This document shows, piece after piece, positions 37,601-52,300 of a stretch of 64,000 nt of DNA. The stretch's first letter is position 1. Each line of letters starts with the position of its first letter. This DNA comes from Heterodontus francisci (Eukaryota), in the NCBI RefSeq assembly GCF_036365525.1, contig NC_090371.1, forward strand, positions 16,369,422 through 16,433,421, in the 5' to 3' direction. A program made the translations under genes and the position numbers. The notes under the pieces are model-generated. The model did no database searches, was not told the origin of the DNA, and saw only the letters and a list, made by a program, of their open reading frames with translations.

Positions 37601-40310
37601 CTCGGCAGGGAATTCCTGCCCAGCAGAGACTTCCCACTTGGCAGGGACTTCCCGCCTGGCAGAGTCTTCCTGCCTGGCAGAGACTTCCCGCTCAGCTGAG
37701 ACTTCCCGCTCGGCTGAGACTTCCCACCTGGCAGAGACTTCCCGCCTGGCAAAGAGAACCCACCCAGCAGAGACTTTCCACCCAGCAGAGACTTCCCAAC
37801 AGGCAGAGACATCCCGGCTGGCAAAGACAACCCTCCCAGCAGAGACTTCCCACCAGGCAGAGACCTGCTACCCAGCAGCGACTTCCCGACTGGCAGAGAC
37901 TTCCCACCCGGCAGAGACTTCCCACCAGGCAGCGACTTCCCAACAGGCAGAGACTTCCCGCCTGGCAATGACATCCCCTCCAGCAGAGACTTCCCGCCCA
38001 GCAGAGACTCCCCGCCCAGCAGAGGCTTCCCGCTCGGCAGAGCCTCCCCACACAGGCAGAGACTCCCCGCTCAGCAGAGACTCCCTGCCCAGCTGAGGCT
38101 TCCCGCTCGGCAGAGACTCCACGTCCAGCAGAGACTCCCCGCCCAGCAGAGAATTCCTGCCCAGCAGAGACTTCCCGCTCAGCAGAGACTTCCCGCCCAA
38201 CGGACAATTCCCACTCGGCAGTGATTTCCCGCCCAGCAGAGACTTCCCACTGGGCAGAGACGTCCCGCTCGGCAGAGACCTCCCACTCGGCAGAGACTTC
38301 CCACTCGGCAGAGACTTCCCACCCAGCAGAGATTTCCTGCCTGGCGGAGAATTCCCACTCAGCAGAGACCTCCCACCAGGCAGAGCATTCCCGCCCAGCA
38401 GACACTTCCCACTCGGCAGGGACTTCCCACTCGGCAGAGACTTCCTGCTCGGCAGAGACTTCCCACTCGGCAGGGACTTCCCACTCGGCAGAGACTTCCC
38501 ACCCAGCAGTGATTTCCTGCCTGGCGGAGAATTCCCACTCGGCAGAGACTTCCCACCAGGCAGAGAATTCCCGCCCAGCAGACACTTCGCACTCGGCAGA
38601 GACTTCCCACTCGGCAGAGACTTCCCGCTCGGCAGAGACTTCCCACTCGGCAGAGACTTCCCGCTCGGCAGAGACTTCCCACTCGGAAGAGATTTCCCGC
38701 TCGGCAGAGACTTCCCACTCGGCAGAGACTTCCCGCTCGGCAGAGACTTCCCACCCAGCAGAGAATTCCCACTCGGCAGAGATTTCCCGCTCGGCAGAGA
38801 CTTCCCACTCGGCAGAGACTTCCTGCTCGGCAGAGACTTCCCACTAAACAGAGATTTCCCTCTCGGTAGAGACTTCCCACTCGGCAGAAACTTCCCGCTC
38901 GGCAGAGACTTCCCACTCGGCAGAGATTTCCCGCTCGGCAGAGACTTCCCGCTCGGCAGAGACTTCCCACTAAACAGAGATTTCCCTCTCGGTAGAGACT
39001 TCCCACTCGGCAGAAACTTCCCGCTCGGCAGAGACTTCCCACCCAGCAGAGACTTCCCACTCGGCAGAGATTTCCCACTCGGCAGAGACTTCCCGCTCGG
39101 CACTGACTTCCCACTTGGCAGAGGCCTCCTGCCCAGCAGGGACTTCCCAACTGGCAGAGACTTTCCACCAGGCAGAGACTTCCCACCCGTCAGAGACTTC
39201 CCAACAGGCAGAGACTTCCTACTCGGCAGTGACGTCCCGCCTGGCAGAGACTCCCCACACAGGCAGAGACTCCCCACTCAGCAGAGACTCCCTGCCCAGC
39301 AGAGGCTTCCCGCTCGGCAGAGCCTCCCCACACAGGCAGAGACTCCCCACACAGGCAGAGACGCCCCGCTCAACAGAGACCCCCTGCCCATCAGAGGCTT
39401 CCCGCTCGGCAGAGCCTCCCCACACAGGCAGAGACTCCCCACACAGGCAGAGACTCCCCGCTCAACAGAGACCCCCTGCCCATCAGAGGCTTCCCGCTCG
39501 GCAGAGCCTCCCCACACAGGCAGAGACTCCCCACACAGGCAGAGACTCCCCGCTCAACAGAGACCCCCTGCCCATCAGAGGCTTCCCGCTCGGCAGAGCC
39601 TCCCCACACAGGCAGAGACTCCCCACTCAGCAGAGACTCCCTGTCCAGCTGGGACTTCCCGCTCGGCAGAGACTCCCCGCCCAGCAGAGACTCCCCGCCC
39701 AGCAGAGAATTCCTGCCCAGCAGAGACTTCCCACTCGGCAGAGACTTCCCACTCGGCAGAGACTTCCCACCCAGCAGAGATTTCCTGCCTGGCGGAGAAT
39801 TCCCACTTGGCAGAGACTTCCCACCAGGCAGAGAATTCCCGCCCAGCAGACACTTCCCACTCGGAAGGGACTTCCCACTCGGCAGAGACTTCCCGCTCAG
39901 CTGAGACTTCCCACTCGGCAGAGTCTTCCCGCCTGGCAGAGACTTCCCACTAGGCAGAGTCTTCCCGCCTGGCAGAGACTTCCCACTCGGCAGGCACTTC
40001 CCTCCTGGCAGGGACTCCTCACCCAGCAGAGATTTCCTGCCTGGCAGAGACTTCCCTCTCGGCACAGACTTCCCACTTGGCGGGGACTTCCCACTCGGCA
40101 GAGACATCCCACTAGGCAGGGAATTCCCGCACAGCAGAGACTTCCCACCTGGCAGGGACTTCCCGCCTGGCAGAGTCTTCCTGCCTGGCAGAGACTTCCC
40201 GCTCGGCTGAGACTTACCGCTCGGCTGAGACTTCCCACCTGGTAGAGACTTCCCAAGAGGCAGAGACATCCCGGCTGGCAAAGACAACCCACCAAGCAGG
40301 GACTTCCTGA
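22660..40310. repeat. About 10-kb-period higher-order duplication inside the array (about 22660-30290 versus about 32855-40310)
   Basis: Rare variant markers recur in the same order at offsets near 10 kb: ccaccgagca 22871/33064, the atg of ctatgcag 24926/34903, taaacagag 28831/38845 and 28957/38971, ctggtagag 30222/40239. Confidence 0.9.
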
Positions 40311-43300
40311 CTGGCTGAGACTTCCCACCCGGCAGAGACTTCCCAACAGGCAGAGACTTCCCAACAGGCAGAGACTTCCCGCCTGGCAAAGACATCCCCT
40401 CCAGCAGAGACTTCCCGCCCAGCAGAGACTCCCCGCCCAGCAGAGACTCCCCACTCAGCAGAGACTCCATACCCGGCAGAGAATCCCCGATCAGCAGAGA
40501 CTCCCTGCCCAGCCGAGGCTTCCCGCTCGGCAGAGCCTCCCCACACAGGCAGAGACTCCCCGCTCAGCAGAGACTCCCCGCCCAGCAGAGAATTCCTGCC
40601 CAGCACAGACTTCCCGCTCAGCAGAGACTTCCTGCCCAACGGAGACTTCCCACTCGGCAGTGATTTCCCGCCCAGCAGAGACTTCCCACTGGGCAGAGAC
40701 GTCCCGCTCGGCAGAGACCTCCCACTCGGCACGGACTTCCCACTCGGCAGAGACTTCCTGCTCGGCAGAGACTTCCCACTCGGCAGGGACTTCCCACTCG
40801 GCAGTGACTTCCCACCCAGCAGAGACTTCCCACTCGGCAGTGATTTCCCGCCCAGCAGAGACTTCCCACTGGGCAGAGACGTCCCGCTCGGCAGAGACCT
40901 CCCACTCGGCACAGACTTCCCACTCGGCAGAGACTTCCTGCTCGGCAGAGACTTCCCACTCGGCAGGGACTTCCCACTCGGCAGTGACTTCCCACCCAGC
41001 AGAGACTTCCCACTCGGCAGAGACTTCCCACTCGGCAGAGACTTCCCGCTCGGCAGGTACTTCACACTCAGCAGAGACTTCCCACTCGGCAGAGACTTCC
41101 CACTTGGCAGAGACCTCCTACCCAGCAGGAACTTCCCGACTGGCAGGGACTTCCCACCTGGCAGAGACTTCCCGCCTGGCAGAGACTTCCCGCCTGGCAG
41201 AGACTTCCCACACAGGCAGAGACTCCCCGCTCAGCAGAGACTCCCTGCCCAGCAGAGACTCCCTGCCCAGCAGAGGCTTCCCGCTCGGCAGTGAGTCCCC
41301 ACACAGGCAGAGACTCCTTGCGCAGCAGAGAATTCTAGCCCAGCAGAGACATCCCGCCCAACAGAGACTTCCCACTAGGCAGTGATTTCCCGCCCAGCAG
41401 AGACTTCCCACTCGGGAGAGACGTCCCGCTCGGCAGAGACTTCCCACTCGGCAGTGACTTCCCACCAGGCAGAGACTTCCTACTCAGCAGAGACCTCCCA
41501 CTCAGCAGAGACTTCCCACTCGGCAGTGACTTCCCACCAGGCAGAGACTTCCCACTCGGCAGTGACTTGCCACCAGGCAGAGACTTCCTACTCAGCAGAG
41601 ACTTCCCACTCGGGAGAGACGTCCCGCTCGGCAGAGACCTTCCAGTCGGCAGAGACTTCCCACTCGGCAGTGACTTCCCACCAGGCAGAGACTTCCTACT
41701 CGGCAGGTACTTCCTGCCAAGCAGAGACTTCCCTCCAGGCAGAGACTTCCCAACAGGCAGAGACCTCCCACCTGGCAGAGATTTCCCACCAGGCAGAGAC
41801 TTCCCACCAGGCAGAGTCTTCCCGCTGGCAGAGACTTCCCGCTCGGCAGAGACTTCACACTGGGCAGAGATTTCCCGCCCAGCAGAGACTTCCCGCTCGG
41901 CAGAGACTTCACACTGGGCAGAGATTTCCCGCCCAGCAGAGACTTCCCGCTCGGCAGAGACATCTCACTCGGCAGAGACTTCCTACGCAGTAGTGAATTC
42001 CCTCTCGGCAAGAACTTCCCACCAGGCAGAGATTTCCCACTCGGCAGTGACCTCCCACTCAAAGAGACCTCCCGCTCGGCCGATATTTCCCGCTCGGCAG
42101 GTACTTCCCACCCAGCAGAGACTTCCCACCCAGCAGAGACTTCCCGCTGGGCAGAGACTTCCCACTCGGCAGAGATTTCCCGCTCGGCAGAGACTTCCCA
42201 ACAGGCAGAGACTTCCCGCTGGGCAGAGACTTCCCACTCGGCAGAGATTTCCCGCTCGGCAGAGACTTCCCACTCGGCAGAGATTTCCCGCTCGGCAGAG
42301 ACTTCCCACCCAGCAGAGACTTCCCACTCGGCAGAGACTTCCCGCTCGGCAGAGACTTCCCACTATGCAGAGTCTTCCCGCCTGGCAGAGTATTCCCACT
42401 CGGCAGGCACTTCCCTCCTGGCAGGGACTCCTCGCCCAGCAGAGATTTCCTGCCTGGCAGGGACTTCCCACTCGGCAGATACTTCCCACCAGGCAGGGAA
42501 TTCCCGCCCAGCAGAGACTTCCCACTTGGCAGGGACTTCCCGCCCGGCAGAGACCTCCTACCCAGCAGGGACTTCCCGACTGGCAGAGACTTCCCACGTG
42601 GCAGAGACTTCTCACCAGGCAGAGACTTCCCAACACGCAGAGACTTCCCGCGTGGCAAAGACATCCCCTCCAGCAGAGACTTCCCGCCCAGCAGAGACTC
42701 CCCGCCCAGCAGAGACTCCCCACTCAGCAGAGACTCCATACCCGGCAGAGACTCCCCGATCAGCAGAGACTCCCTGCCCAGCAGAGGCTTCCCGCTCGGC
42801 AGGGACTCCCCACGCAGGCAGTGAGTCCCCACTCAGCAGTGACTCCCTGCCCAGCAGAGGCTTCCCGCTCGGAAGACACGCCCTACCCGGCAGAGGCTTC
42901 CCGCCCAGCAGAGACTCCTTGCGCAGAAGAGAATTCCTGCCCAGCAGAGACTTCCCGCTCAGCGGAGACTTCCCGCCCAACGGAGACCTCCCACTCGGCA
43001 CGGACTTCCCACACAGCAGAGACTTCCCACCAGGCAGGGACTTCCCACTCGGCAGGGACTTCCCACTCGGCAGAGACTTCCCACCCAGCAGAGATTTCCC
43101 ACTCGGCAGAGTCTTCCCACCAGGCAGATTTCCCGCTCGGCAGAGACTTCCCACTCGGCAGAGACTTCCCGCTCGGCAGAGACTTCCCACTCGGCAGAGA
43201 TTTCCCGCTCGGCAGAGACTTCCCACTCGGCAGAGACTTCCCGCTCGGCAGAGACTTCCCACTTGGCTGAGGCCTCCTACCCAGCAGGGACTTCCCAACT

Positions 43301-46300
43301 GGCAGAGACTTACCACCAGGCAGAGACTTCCCACCTGTCAGAGACTTCCCAACAGGCAAGACTTCCTACTCGGCAGTGACGTCCCGCCTGGCAGAGACTC
43401 CCCACACAGGCAGAGACTCCCCACTCAGCAGAGACTCCCTGCCCAGCAGAGGCTTCCCGCTCGGCAGAGCCTCCCCACACAGGCAGAGACTCCCACACAG
43501 GCAGAGACGCCCCGCTCAACAGAGACTCCCTGCCCATCAGAGGCTTCCCGCTCGGCAGAGCCTCCCCACACAGGCAGGGACTCCCCACACAGGCAGAGAC
43601 TCCCCGCTCAACAGAGACTCCTTGCCCAGCTGAGGCTTCCCGCTCGGCAGAGACTCCCCGCGCAGCAGAGACTCGCCGCCCAGCAGAGAATTCCTGCCCA
43701 GCAGAGACTTCCCGCTCAAAAGAGACTTCCCGCCCAACGGAGACCTCCCACTCAGCACGGACTTCCCACACAGCAGAGACTTCCCTCTCGGCAGAGACTT
43801 CCCACTCGGCAGAGACTTCCCACCCAGCAGAGATTTCCTGCCTGGTGGAGAATTCCCACTCGGCAGAGACTTCCCACCAGGCAGAGAATTCCCGCCCAGC
43901 AGACACTTCCCACTCGGCAGGGACTTCCCACTCGGCAGAGACATCCTGCTCGGCAGAGACTTCCCGCTCAGTTGAGACTTCCCTACAGGCAGGGACCTCC
44001 CACTCGGCAGAGATTTCCCACTCGGCAGAGACTTCCCACTCGGCAGAGACTTCCCGCTCGGCAGAGACTTCCCGCTCGGCAGAGACTTCCCACCCGGCAG
44101 AGACTTCCCACCAGGCAGAGACTTCCCGCTCGGCAGAGACTTCCCACTCGGCAGGGACTTCCCGCTCAGCAGAGACTTCCCACACAGCAGAGACTTCCCA
44201 CCCGGCAGAGACTTCCCACCAGGCAGAGACTTCCCGCTCGGCAGAGACTTCCCACTAGGCAGCGTCTTCTCGCCTGGCAGAGACTTCCCACTCGGCAGGC
44301 ACTTCCCTCCTGGCAGGGACTCCTCACCCAGCAGAGATTTCCTGCCTGGCAGAGACTTCCCTCTCGGCACAGATTTCCCACTTGGCGGGGACTTCCCACT
44401 CGGCAGAGACTTCCCACTAGGCAGGGAATTCCCGCCCAGCAGAGACTTCCCACTTGGCAGGGACTTCCCGCCTGGCAGAGTCTTCCTGCCTGGCAGAGAC
44501 TTCCCGCTCGGCTGAGACTTACCGCTCGGCTGAGACTTCCCACCTGGCAGAGACTTCTCGCCTGGCAAAGAGAACCCACCCAGCAGAGACTTCCCACCCA
44601 GCAGAGACTTCCCAAGAGGCAGAGACATCCCGGCTGGCAAAGACAACCCACCAAGCAGGGACTTCCTACCCGGCAGAGGCTTCCCGCTCGGCAGAGACTC
44701 CCCGCCCAGCAGAGACTCCTTGCGCAGCAGAGAATTCCTGCCCAGCAGAGACTTCCCGCTCAGCAGAGACTTCCCGCCCAACGGAGACCTCCCACTCGGC
44801 ATGGACTTCCCACACAGCAGAGACTTCCCACCAGGCAGGGACTTCCCACTCGGCAGGGACTTCCCACTCGGCAGAGACTTCCCACCCAGCAGAGATTTCC
44901 CACTCGGCAGAGTCTTCCCACCAGGCAGATTTCCCACTCGGCAGGGACTTCCCACTCGGCAGAGACTTCCCACCCAGCAGAGATTTCCAGCCTGGCAGAG
45001 AATTCCCACTCGGCAGAGACTTCCCGCCCACCGGAGACTTCCCACTCGGCAGTGATTTCCCGCCCAGCAGAGACTTCCCAATTGGCAGAGACGTCCCGCT
45101 TGGCAGAGACCTCCCACTCGGCACGGACTTCCCACTCGGCAGAGACTTCCCACTAGGCAGAGACTTCCCGCCCGGCAGAGACTTCCCACTCGGCAGGGAC
45201 TTCCCACTCGGCAGAGACTTCCCGCTCGGCAGAGACTTCCCTACAGGCAGGGACTTCCCACTCGGCTGAGACTTACCGCTCGGCTGAGACTTCCCACCTG
45301 GCAGAGACTTCCCGCCTGGCAAAGAGAACCCACCCAGCAGAGACTTCCCACCCAGCAGAGACTTCCCAAGAGGCAGAGACTCCCCGCCCAGCAGAGAATT
45401 CCTGCCCAGCAGAGACTTCCCGCTCAGCAGAGACTTCCCGCCCAACGGAGACTTCCCACTCGGCAGTGATTTCCCGCCCAGCAGAGACTTCCCAATTGGC
45501 AGAGACTTCCCGCTCGGCAGAGACTTCCTGCTCGGCAGAGACTTCGTGCTCGGCAGAGACTTCCCTGCAGGCAGGGACTTACCACTCGGCAGAGACTTCC
45601 CACTCGGCAGAGATTTCCCGCCCGGCGGAGACTTCCCACTCGGCAGGGACTTCCCACTCGGCAGAGACTTCCCACTTGGCAGGGACTTCCCGCCTGGCAG
45701 AGACCTCCTACCCAGCAGGGAATTCCCGCCCGGCAGAGACTTCCCACCTGGCAGAGTCTTCCTGCCTGGCAGAGACTTCCCGCTCGGCTGAGACTTCCCA
45801 CCTGGCAGAGACTTCCCGCCTGGCAAAGAGAACCCACCCAGCAGAGACTTCCCACCCAGCAGAGACTTCCCAAGAGGCAGAGACATCCCGGCTGGCAAAG
45901 ACAACCCACCAAGCAGGGACTTCCTGACTGGCAGAGACTTCCCACCAGGCAGAGACTTCCCACCAGGCAGAGACTTCCCAACAGGCAGAGACTTCCCGCC
46001 TGGCAAAGACATCCCCTCCAGCAGAGACTTCCCGCCCAGCAGAGACTTCCCGCCCAACGGAGACTTCCCACTCGGCAGTGATTTCCCGCCCAGCACAGAC
46101 TTCCCAATTGGCAGAGACTTCCCGCTCGGCAGAGACTTCCCACCCAGCAGAGACTTCCCACCCAGCAGAGACTTCCCACTCGGCGGAGACTTCCCACTAT
46201 GCAGAGTCTTCCCGCCTGGCAGAGTATTCCCACTCGGTAGGCACTTCCCTCCTGGCAGGGACTCCTCGCCCAGCAGAGATTTCCTGCCTGGCAGGGACTT

Positions 46301-49300
46301 CCCACTCGGCAGATACTTCCCACCAGACAGGGAATTCCCGCCCAGCAGAGACTTCCCACTTGGCAGGGACTTCCCGCCTGGCAGAGACCTCCTACCCAGC
46401 AGGGACTTCCCGACTGGCAGAGACTTCCCACGTGGCAGAGACTTCTCACCAGGCAGAGACTTCCCAACAGGCAGAGACTTCCCGCGTGGCAAAGACATCC
46501 CCTCCAGCAGAGACTTCCCGCCCAGCAGAGACTCCCCGCCCAGCAGAGACTCCCGACTCAGCAGAGACTCCATACCCGGCAGAGACTCCCCGATCAGCAG
46601 AGACTCCCTGCCCAGCAGAGGCTTCCCGCTCGGCAGGGACTCCCCACGCAGGCAGTGAGTCCCCGCTCAGCAGTGACTCCCTGCCCAGCAGAGGCTTCCC
46701 GCTCGGAAGACACGCCCTACCCGGCAGAGGCTTCCCGCTCGGCAGAGACTCCCCGCCCAGCAGAGACTCCTTGCGCAGCAGAGAATTCCTGCCCAGCAGA
46801 GACTTCCCGCTCAGCAGAGACTTCCCGACCAACGGAGACCTCCCACTCGGCACGGACTTCCCACACAGCAGAGACTTCCCACCAGGCAGGGACTTCCCAC
46901 TCGGCAGGGACTTCCCACTCGGCAGAGACTTCCCACCCAGCAGAGATTTCCCACTCGGCAGAGTCTTCCCACCAGGCAGATTTCCCACTCGGCAGGGACT
47001 TCCCACTCGGCAGAGACTTCCCACCCAGCAGAGATTTCCAGCCTGGCAGAGAATTCCCACTCGGCAGAGACTTCCCGCCCAGCAGAGACTTCCCACTCGG
47101 CAGGGACTTCCCACTCGGCAGAGACTTCCTGCTCGGCAGAGACTTCCCTGCAGGCAGGGACTTACCACTCGGCAGAGACTTCCCACTCGGCAGAGATTTC
47201 CCGCTCAGCTGGTACTTCCCACTCGGCAGAGATTTCCCACTCGGCAGAGATTTCCCGCTCGGCAGGGACTTCCCACTCGGCAGAGACTTCCCGCTCGGCA
47301 GAGACTTCCCACTTGGCAGAGGCCTCCTACCCAGCAGGGACTTCCCAACTGGCAGAGACTTACCACCAGGCAGAGACGTCCCGCCTGGCAGAGACTCCCC
47401 ACACAGGCAGAGACTTCCCACTCAGCAGAGACTCCCTGCCCAGCAGAGTCTTCCCGCTCGGCAGAGCCTCCCCGCCCAGCAGAGACTCCTTGCGCAGCAG
47501 AGAATTCCTGCCCAGCAGAGACTTCCCGCTCAGCAGAGACTTCCCGACCAACGGAGACCTCCCACTCGGCACGGACTTCCCACACAGCAGAGACTTCCCA
47601 CCAGGCAGGGACTTCCCACTCGGCAGGGACTTCCCACTCGGCAGAGACTTCCCACCCAGCAGAGATTTCCCACTCGGCAGAGTCTTCCCACCAGGCAGAT
47701 TTCCCACTCGGCAGGGACTTCCCACTCGGCAGAGACTTCCCACCCAGCAGAGATTTCCAGCCTGGCAGAGAATTCCCACTCGGCAGAGACTTCCCGCCCA
47801 GCAGAGACTTCCCACTCGGCAGGGACTTCCCACTCGGCAGAGACTTCCTGCTCGGCAGAGACTTCCCTGCAGGCAGGGACTTACCACTCGGCAGAGACTT
47901 CCCACTCGGCAGAGATTTCCCGCTCGGCAGAGACTTCCCACTCGGCAGAGATTTCCCGCTCGGCAGGGACTTCCCACTCGGCAGAGACTTCCCGCTCGGC
48001 AGAGACTTCCCACTTGGCAGAGGCCTCCTACCCAGCAGGGACTTCCCAACTGGCAGAGACTTACCACCAGGCAGAGACGTCCCGCCTGGCAGAGACTCCC
48101 CACACAGGCAGAGACCTCCCACTCAGCAGAGACTCCCTGCCCAGCAGAGTCTTCCCGCTCGGCAGAGCCTCCCCACACAGGCAGAGACTCCCACACAGGC
48201 AGAGACGCCCCGCTCAACAGAGACTCCCTGCCCATCAGAGGCTTCCCGCTCGGCAGAGCCTCCCCACACAGGCAGAGACTCCCCACACAGGCAGAGACTC
48301 CCCGCTCAACAGAGACTCCTTGCCCAGCAGAGGCTTCCCGCTCGGCAGAGACTCCCCGCGCAGCAGAGACTCGCCGCCCAGCAGAGAATTCCTGCCCAGC
48401 AGAGACTTCCCGCTCAGCAGAGACTTCCCGCCCAACGGAGACCTCCCACTCAGCACGGACTTCCCTCACAGCAGAGATTTCCCACTCGGCAGAGACTTCC
48501 CACTCGGCAGAGACTTCCAACCCAGCAGAGATTTCCTGCCTGGTGGAGAATTCCCACTCGGCAGAGACTTCCCACCAGGCAGAGAATTCCCACCCAGCAG
48601 ACACTTCCCACTCGGCAGGGACTTCCCACTCGGCAGAGACTTCCTGCTCGGCAGAGAGATCCCGCTCAGCTGAGACTTCCCTACAGGCAGGGACTTCCCA
48701 CTCGGCAGAGATTTCCCACTCGGCAGAGACTTCCCACTCGGCAGAGACTTCTCGCTTGGCAGAGACTTCCCGCTCGGCAGAGACTTCCCACCCAGCAGAG
48801 ACTTCCCACCAGGCAGAGACTTCCCACCAGGCAGAGACTTCCCGCTCGGCAGAGACTTCCCACTAGGCAGAGTCTTCCCGCCTGGCAGAGACTTCCCACT
48901 CGGCAGGCACTTCCCTCCTGGCAGGGACTCCTCACCCAGCAGAGATTTCCTGCCTGGCAGAGACTTCCCTCTCGGCACAGACTTCCCACTTGGCGGGGAC
49001 TTCCCACTCGGCAGAGACTTCCCACTAGGCAGGGAATTCCCGCCCAGCAGAGACTTCCCACTTGGCAGGGACTTCCCGCCTGGCAGAGTCTTCCTGCCTG
49101 GCAGAGACTTCCCGCTCGGCTGAGACTTACCGCTCGGCTGAGACTTCCCACCTGGCAGAGACTTCCCGCCTGGCAAAGAGAACCCACCCAGCAGAGACTT
49201 CCCACCCAGCAGAGACTTCCCAAGAGGCAGAGACATCCCGGCTGGCAAAGACAACCCACCAAGCAGGGACTTCCTGACTGACAGAGACTTCCCACCCGGC

Positions 49301-52300
49301 AGAGACTTCCCACCAGGCAGAGACTTCCCAACAGGCAGAGACTTCCCGCCTGGCAAAGTCATCCCCTCCAGCAGAGACTTCCCGCCCAGCAGAGACTCCC
49401 CGCCCAGCAGAGACTCCCCACTCAGCAGAGACTCCATACCCGGTAGAGACTCCCCGATCAGCAGAGACTCCCTGCCCAGCTGAGGCTTCCCGCTCGGCAG
49501 AGACTCCACGCACAGCAGAGACTCCCCGCCCAGCAGAGAATTCCTGCCCAGCAGAGACTTCCCGCCCAACGGAGACTTCCCACTCGGCAGTGATTTCCCG
49601 CCCAGCAGAGACTTCCCGCTCGGCAGAGACCTCCCACTCGGCACGGACTTCCCACTCGGCAGAGACTTCCCACCCAGCAGAGATTTCCTGCCTGGCGGAG
49701 AATTCCCACTCGGCTGTGACTTCCCACCAGGCAGAGAATTCCCGCCCAGCAGACACTTTCCACTCGGCAGGGACTTCCCACTCGGCAGAGACTTCCTGTT
49801 CGGCAGAGACTTCCCACTCGGCAGGGACTTCCCACTCGGCAGAGACTTCCCGCTCGGCAGAGACTTCCCACTCGGCAGAGACTTCCCGCTCGGCAGAGAC
49901 TTCCCACTCGGCAGAGACTTCCCACTATGCAGAGTCTTCCCGCCTGGCAGAGTATTCCCACTCGGCAGGCACTTCCCTCCTGGCAGGGACTCCTCGCCCG
50001 GCAGAGATTTCCTGCCTGGCAGGGACTTCCCACTCGGCAGATACTTCCCACCAGGCAGGGAATTCCCGCCCAGCAGAGACTTCCCACTTGGCAGGGACTT
50101 CCCGCCTGGCAGAGACCTCCTACCAAGCAGGGACTTCCCGACTGGCAGAGACTTCTCACCTGGCAGAGACTTCCCAACAGGCAGAGACTTCCCGCGTGGC
50201 AAAGACATCCCCTCCAGCAGAGACTTCCCGCCCAGCAGAGACTCCCCGCCCAGCAGAGACTCCCCACTCAGCAGAGACTCCATACCCGGCAGAGACTCCC
50301 CGATCAGCAGAGACTCCCTGCCCAGCAGAGGCTTCCCGCTCGGCAGGGACTCCCCACGCAGGCAGTGAGTCCCCGCTCAGCAGTGACTCCCTGCCCAGCA
50401 GAGGCTTCCCGCTCGGAAGACACGCCCTACCCGGCAGAGGCTTCCCGCTCGGCAGAGACTCCCCGCCCAGCAGAGACTCCTTGCGCAGCAGAGAATTCCT
50501 GCCCAGCAGAGACTTCCCGCTCAGCAGAGACTTCCCGCCCAACGGAGACCTCCCACTCGGCACGGACTTCCCACACAGCAGAGACTTCCCACCAGGCAGG
50601 GATTTCCCACTCGGCAGGGACTTCCCACTCGGCAGAGACTTCCCACCCAGCAGAGATTTCCCACTCGGGAGAGTCTTCCCACCAGGCAGATTTCCCGCTC
50701 GGCAGAGACTTCCCACTCGGCAGAGACTTCCCGCTCGGCAGAGACTTCCCACTCGGCAGAGATTTCCCGCTCGGCAGAGACTTCCCGCTCGGCAGAGACT
50801 TCCCGCTCGGCAGAGACTTCCCACTCGGCAGAGATTTCCCGCTCGGCAGAGACTTCCCGCTCGGCAGAGTTCCCGCTCGGCAGAGACTTCCCACTCGGCA
50901 GAGATTTCCCGCTCGGCAGAGACTTCCCACTCGGCAGAGACTTCCCGCTCGGCAGAGACTTCCCACTCGGCAGAGATTTCCCGCTCGGCAGAAACTTCCC
51001 GCTCGGCAGAGACTTCCCACCCAGCAGAGACTTCCCACTCGGCAGAGATTTCCCACTCGGCAGAGACTTCCCGCTCGGCAGAGACTTCCCACTTGGCAGA
51101 GGCCTCCTGCCCAGCAGGGACCTCCCAACTGGCAGAGACTTACCACCAGGCAGAGACTTCCCACCTGTCAGAGACTTCCCAACAGGCAGAGACTTCCTAC
51201 TCGGCAGTGACGTCCCGCCTGGCAGAGACTCCCCACACAGGCAGAGACTCCCCACTCAGCAGAGACTCCTTGCCCAGCAGAGGCTTCCCGCTTGGCAGAG
51301 CCTCCCCACACAGGCAGAGACTCCCACACAGGCAGAGACGCCCCGCTCAACAGAGACTCCCTGCCCATCAGAGACTTCCCACCAGGCAGAGACTCCCCGC
51401 TCAACAGAGACTCCTTGCCCAGCAGAGGCTTCCCGCCAAGCTGAGGCTTCCCGCTCGGCAGAGACTCCACGCGCAGCAGAGACTCGCCGCCCAGCAGAGA
51501 ATTCCTGCCCAGCAGAGACTTCCCGCTCAGCAGAGACTTCCCACCCAACGGAGACATCCCACTCAGCACGGACTTCCCACACAGCAGAGACTTCCCACTC
51601 GGCAGAGACTTCCCACCCAGCAGAGATTTCCTGCCTGGTGGAGAATTCCCACTCGGCAGAGACTTCCCACCAGGCAGAGAATTCCCGCCTAGCAGACACT
51701 TCCCACTCGGCAGGGACTTCCCACTCGGCAGAGACATCCTGCTCGGCAGAGACTTCCCGCTCAGCTGAGACTTCCCTACAGGCAGGGACTTCCCACTCGG
51801 CAGAGACTTCCCGCTCGGCAGAGACTTCCCACTCGGCAGAGACTTCCCGCTCGGCAGAGACTTCCCACCCAGCAGAGACTTCCCACCAGGCAGAGACTTC
51901 CCGCTCGGCAGAGACTTCCCACTAGGCAGAGTTTTCCCGCCTGGCAGAGACTTCCCACTCGGCACAGACTTCCCACTTGGCGGGGACTTCCCACTCGGCA
52001 GAGACTTCCCACTCGGCAGGCACTTCCCTCCTGGCAGGCACTCCTCACCCAGCAGAGATTTCCTGCCTGGCAGAGACTTCCCTCTCGGCACAGACTTCCC
52101 ACTTGGCGGGGACTTCCCACTCGGCAGAGACTTCCCACTAGGCAGGGAATTCCCGCCCAGCAGAGACTTCCCACTTGGCAGGGACTTCCCGCCTGGCAGA
52201 GTCTTCCTGCCTGGCAGAGACTTCCCGCTCAGCTGAGACTTACCGCTCGGCTGAGACTTCCCACTCGGCAGAGACTTCCCACTAGGCAGGGAATTCCCGC

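Noticed and set aside
34116-38096. 1326-aa ORF and the other long array ORFs as mucin-, collagen- or keratin-associated-like proteins
   Set aside because: They are by-products of a stop-free 18-bp unit. All six frames are open, the ORFs change repeat type at indel monomers, and there is no signal peptide or unique domain.
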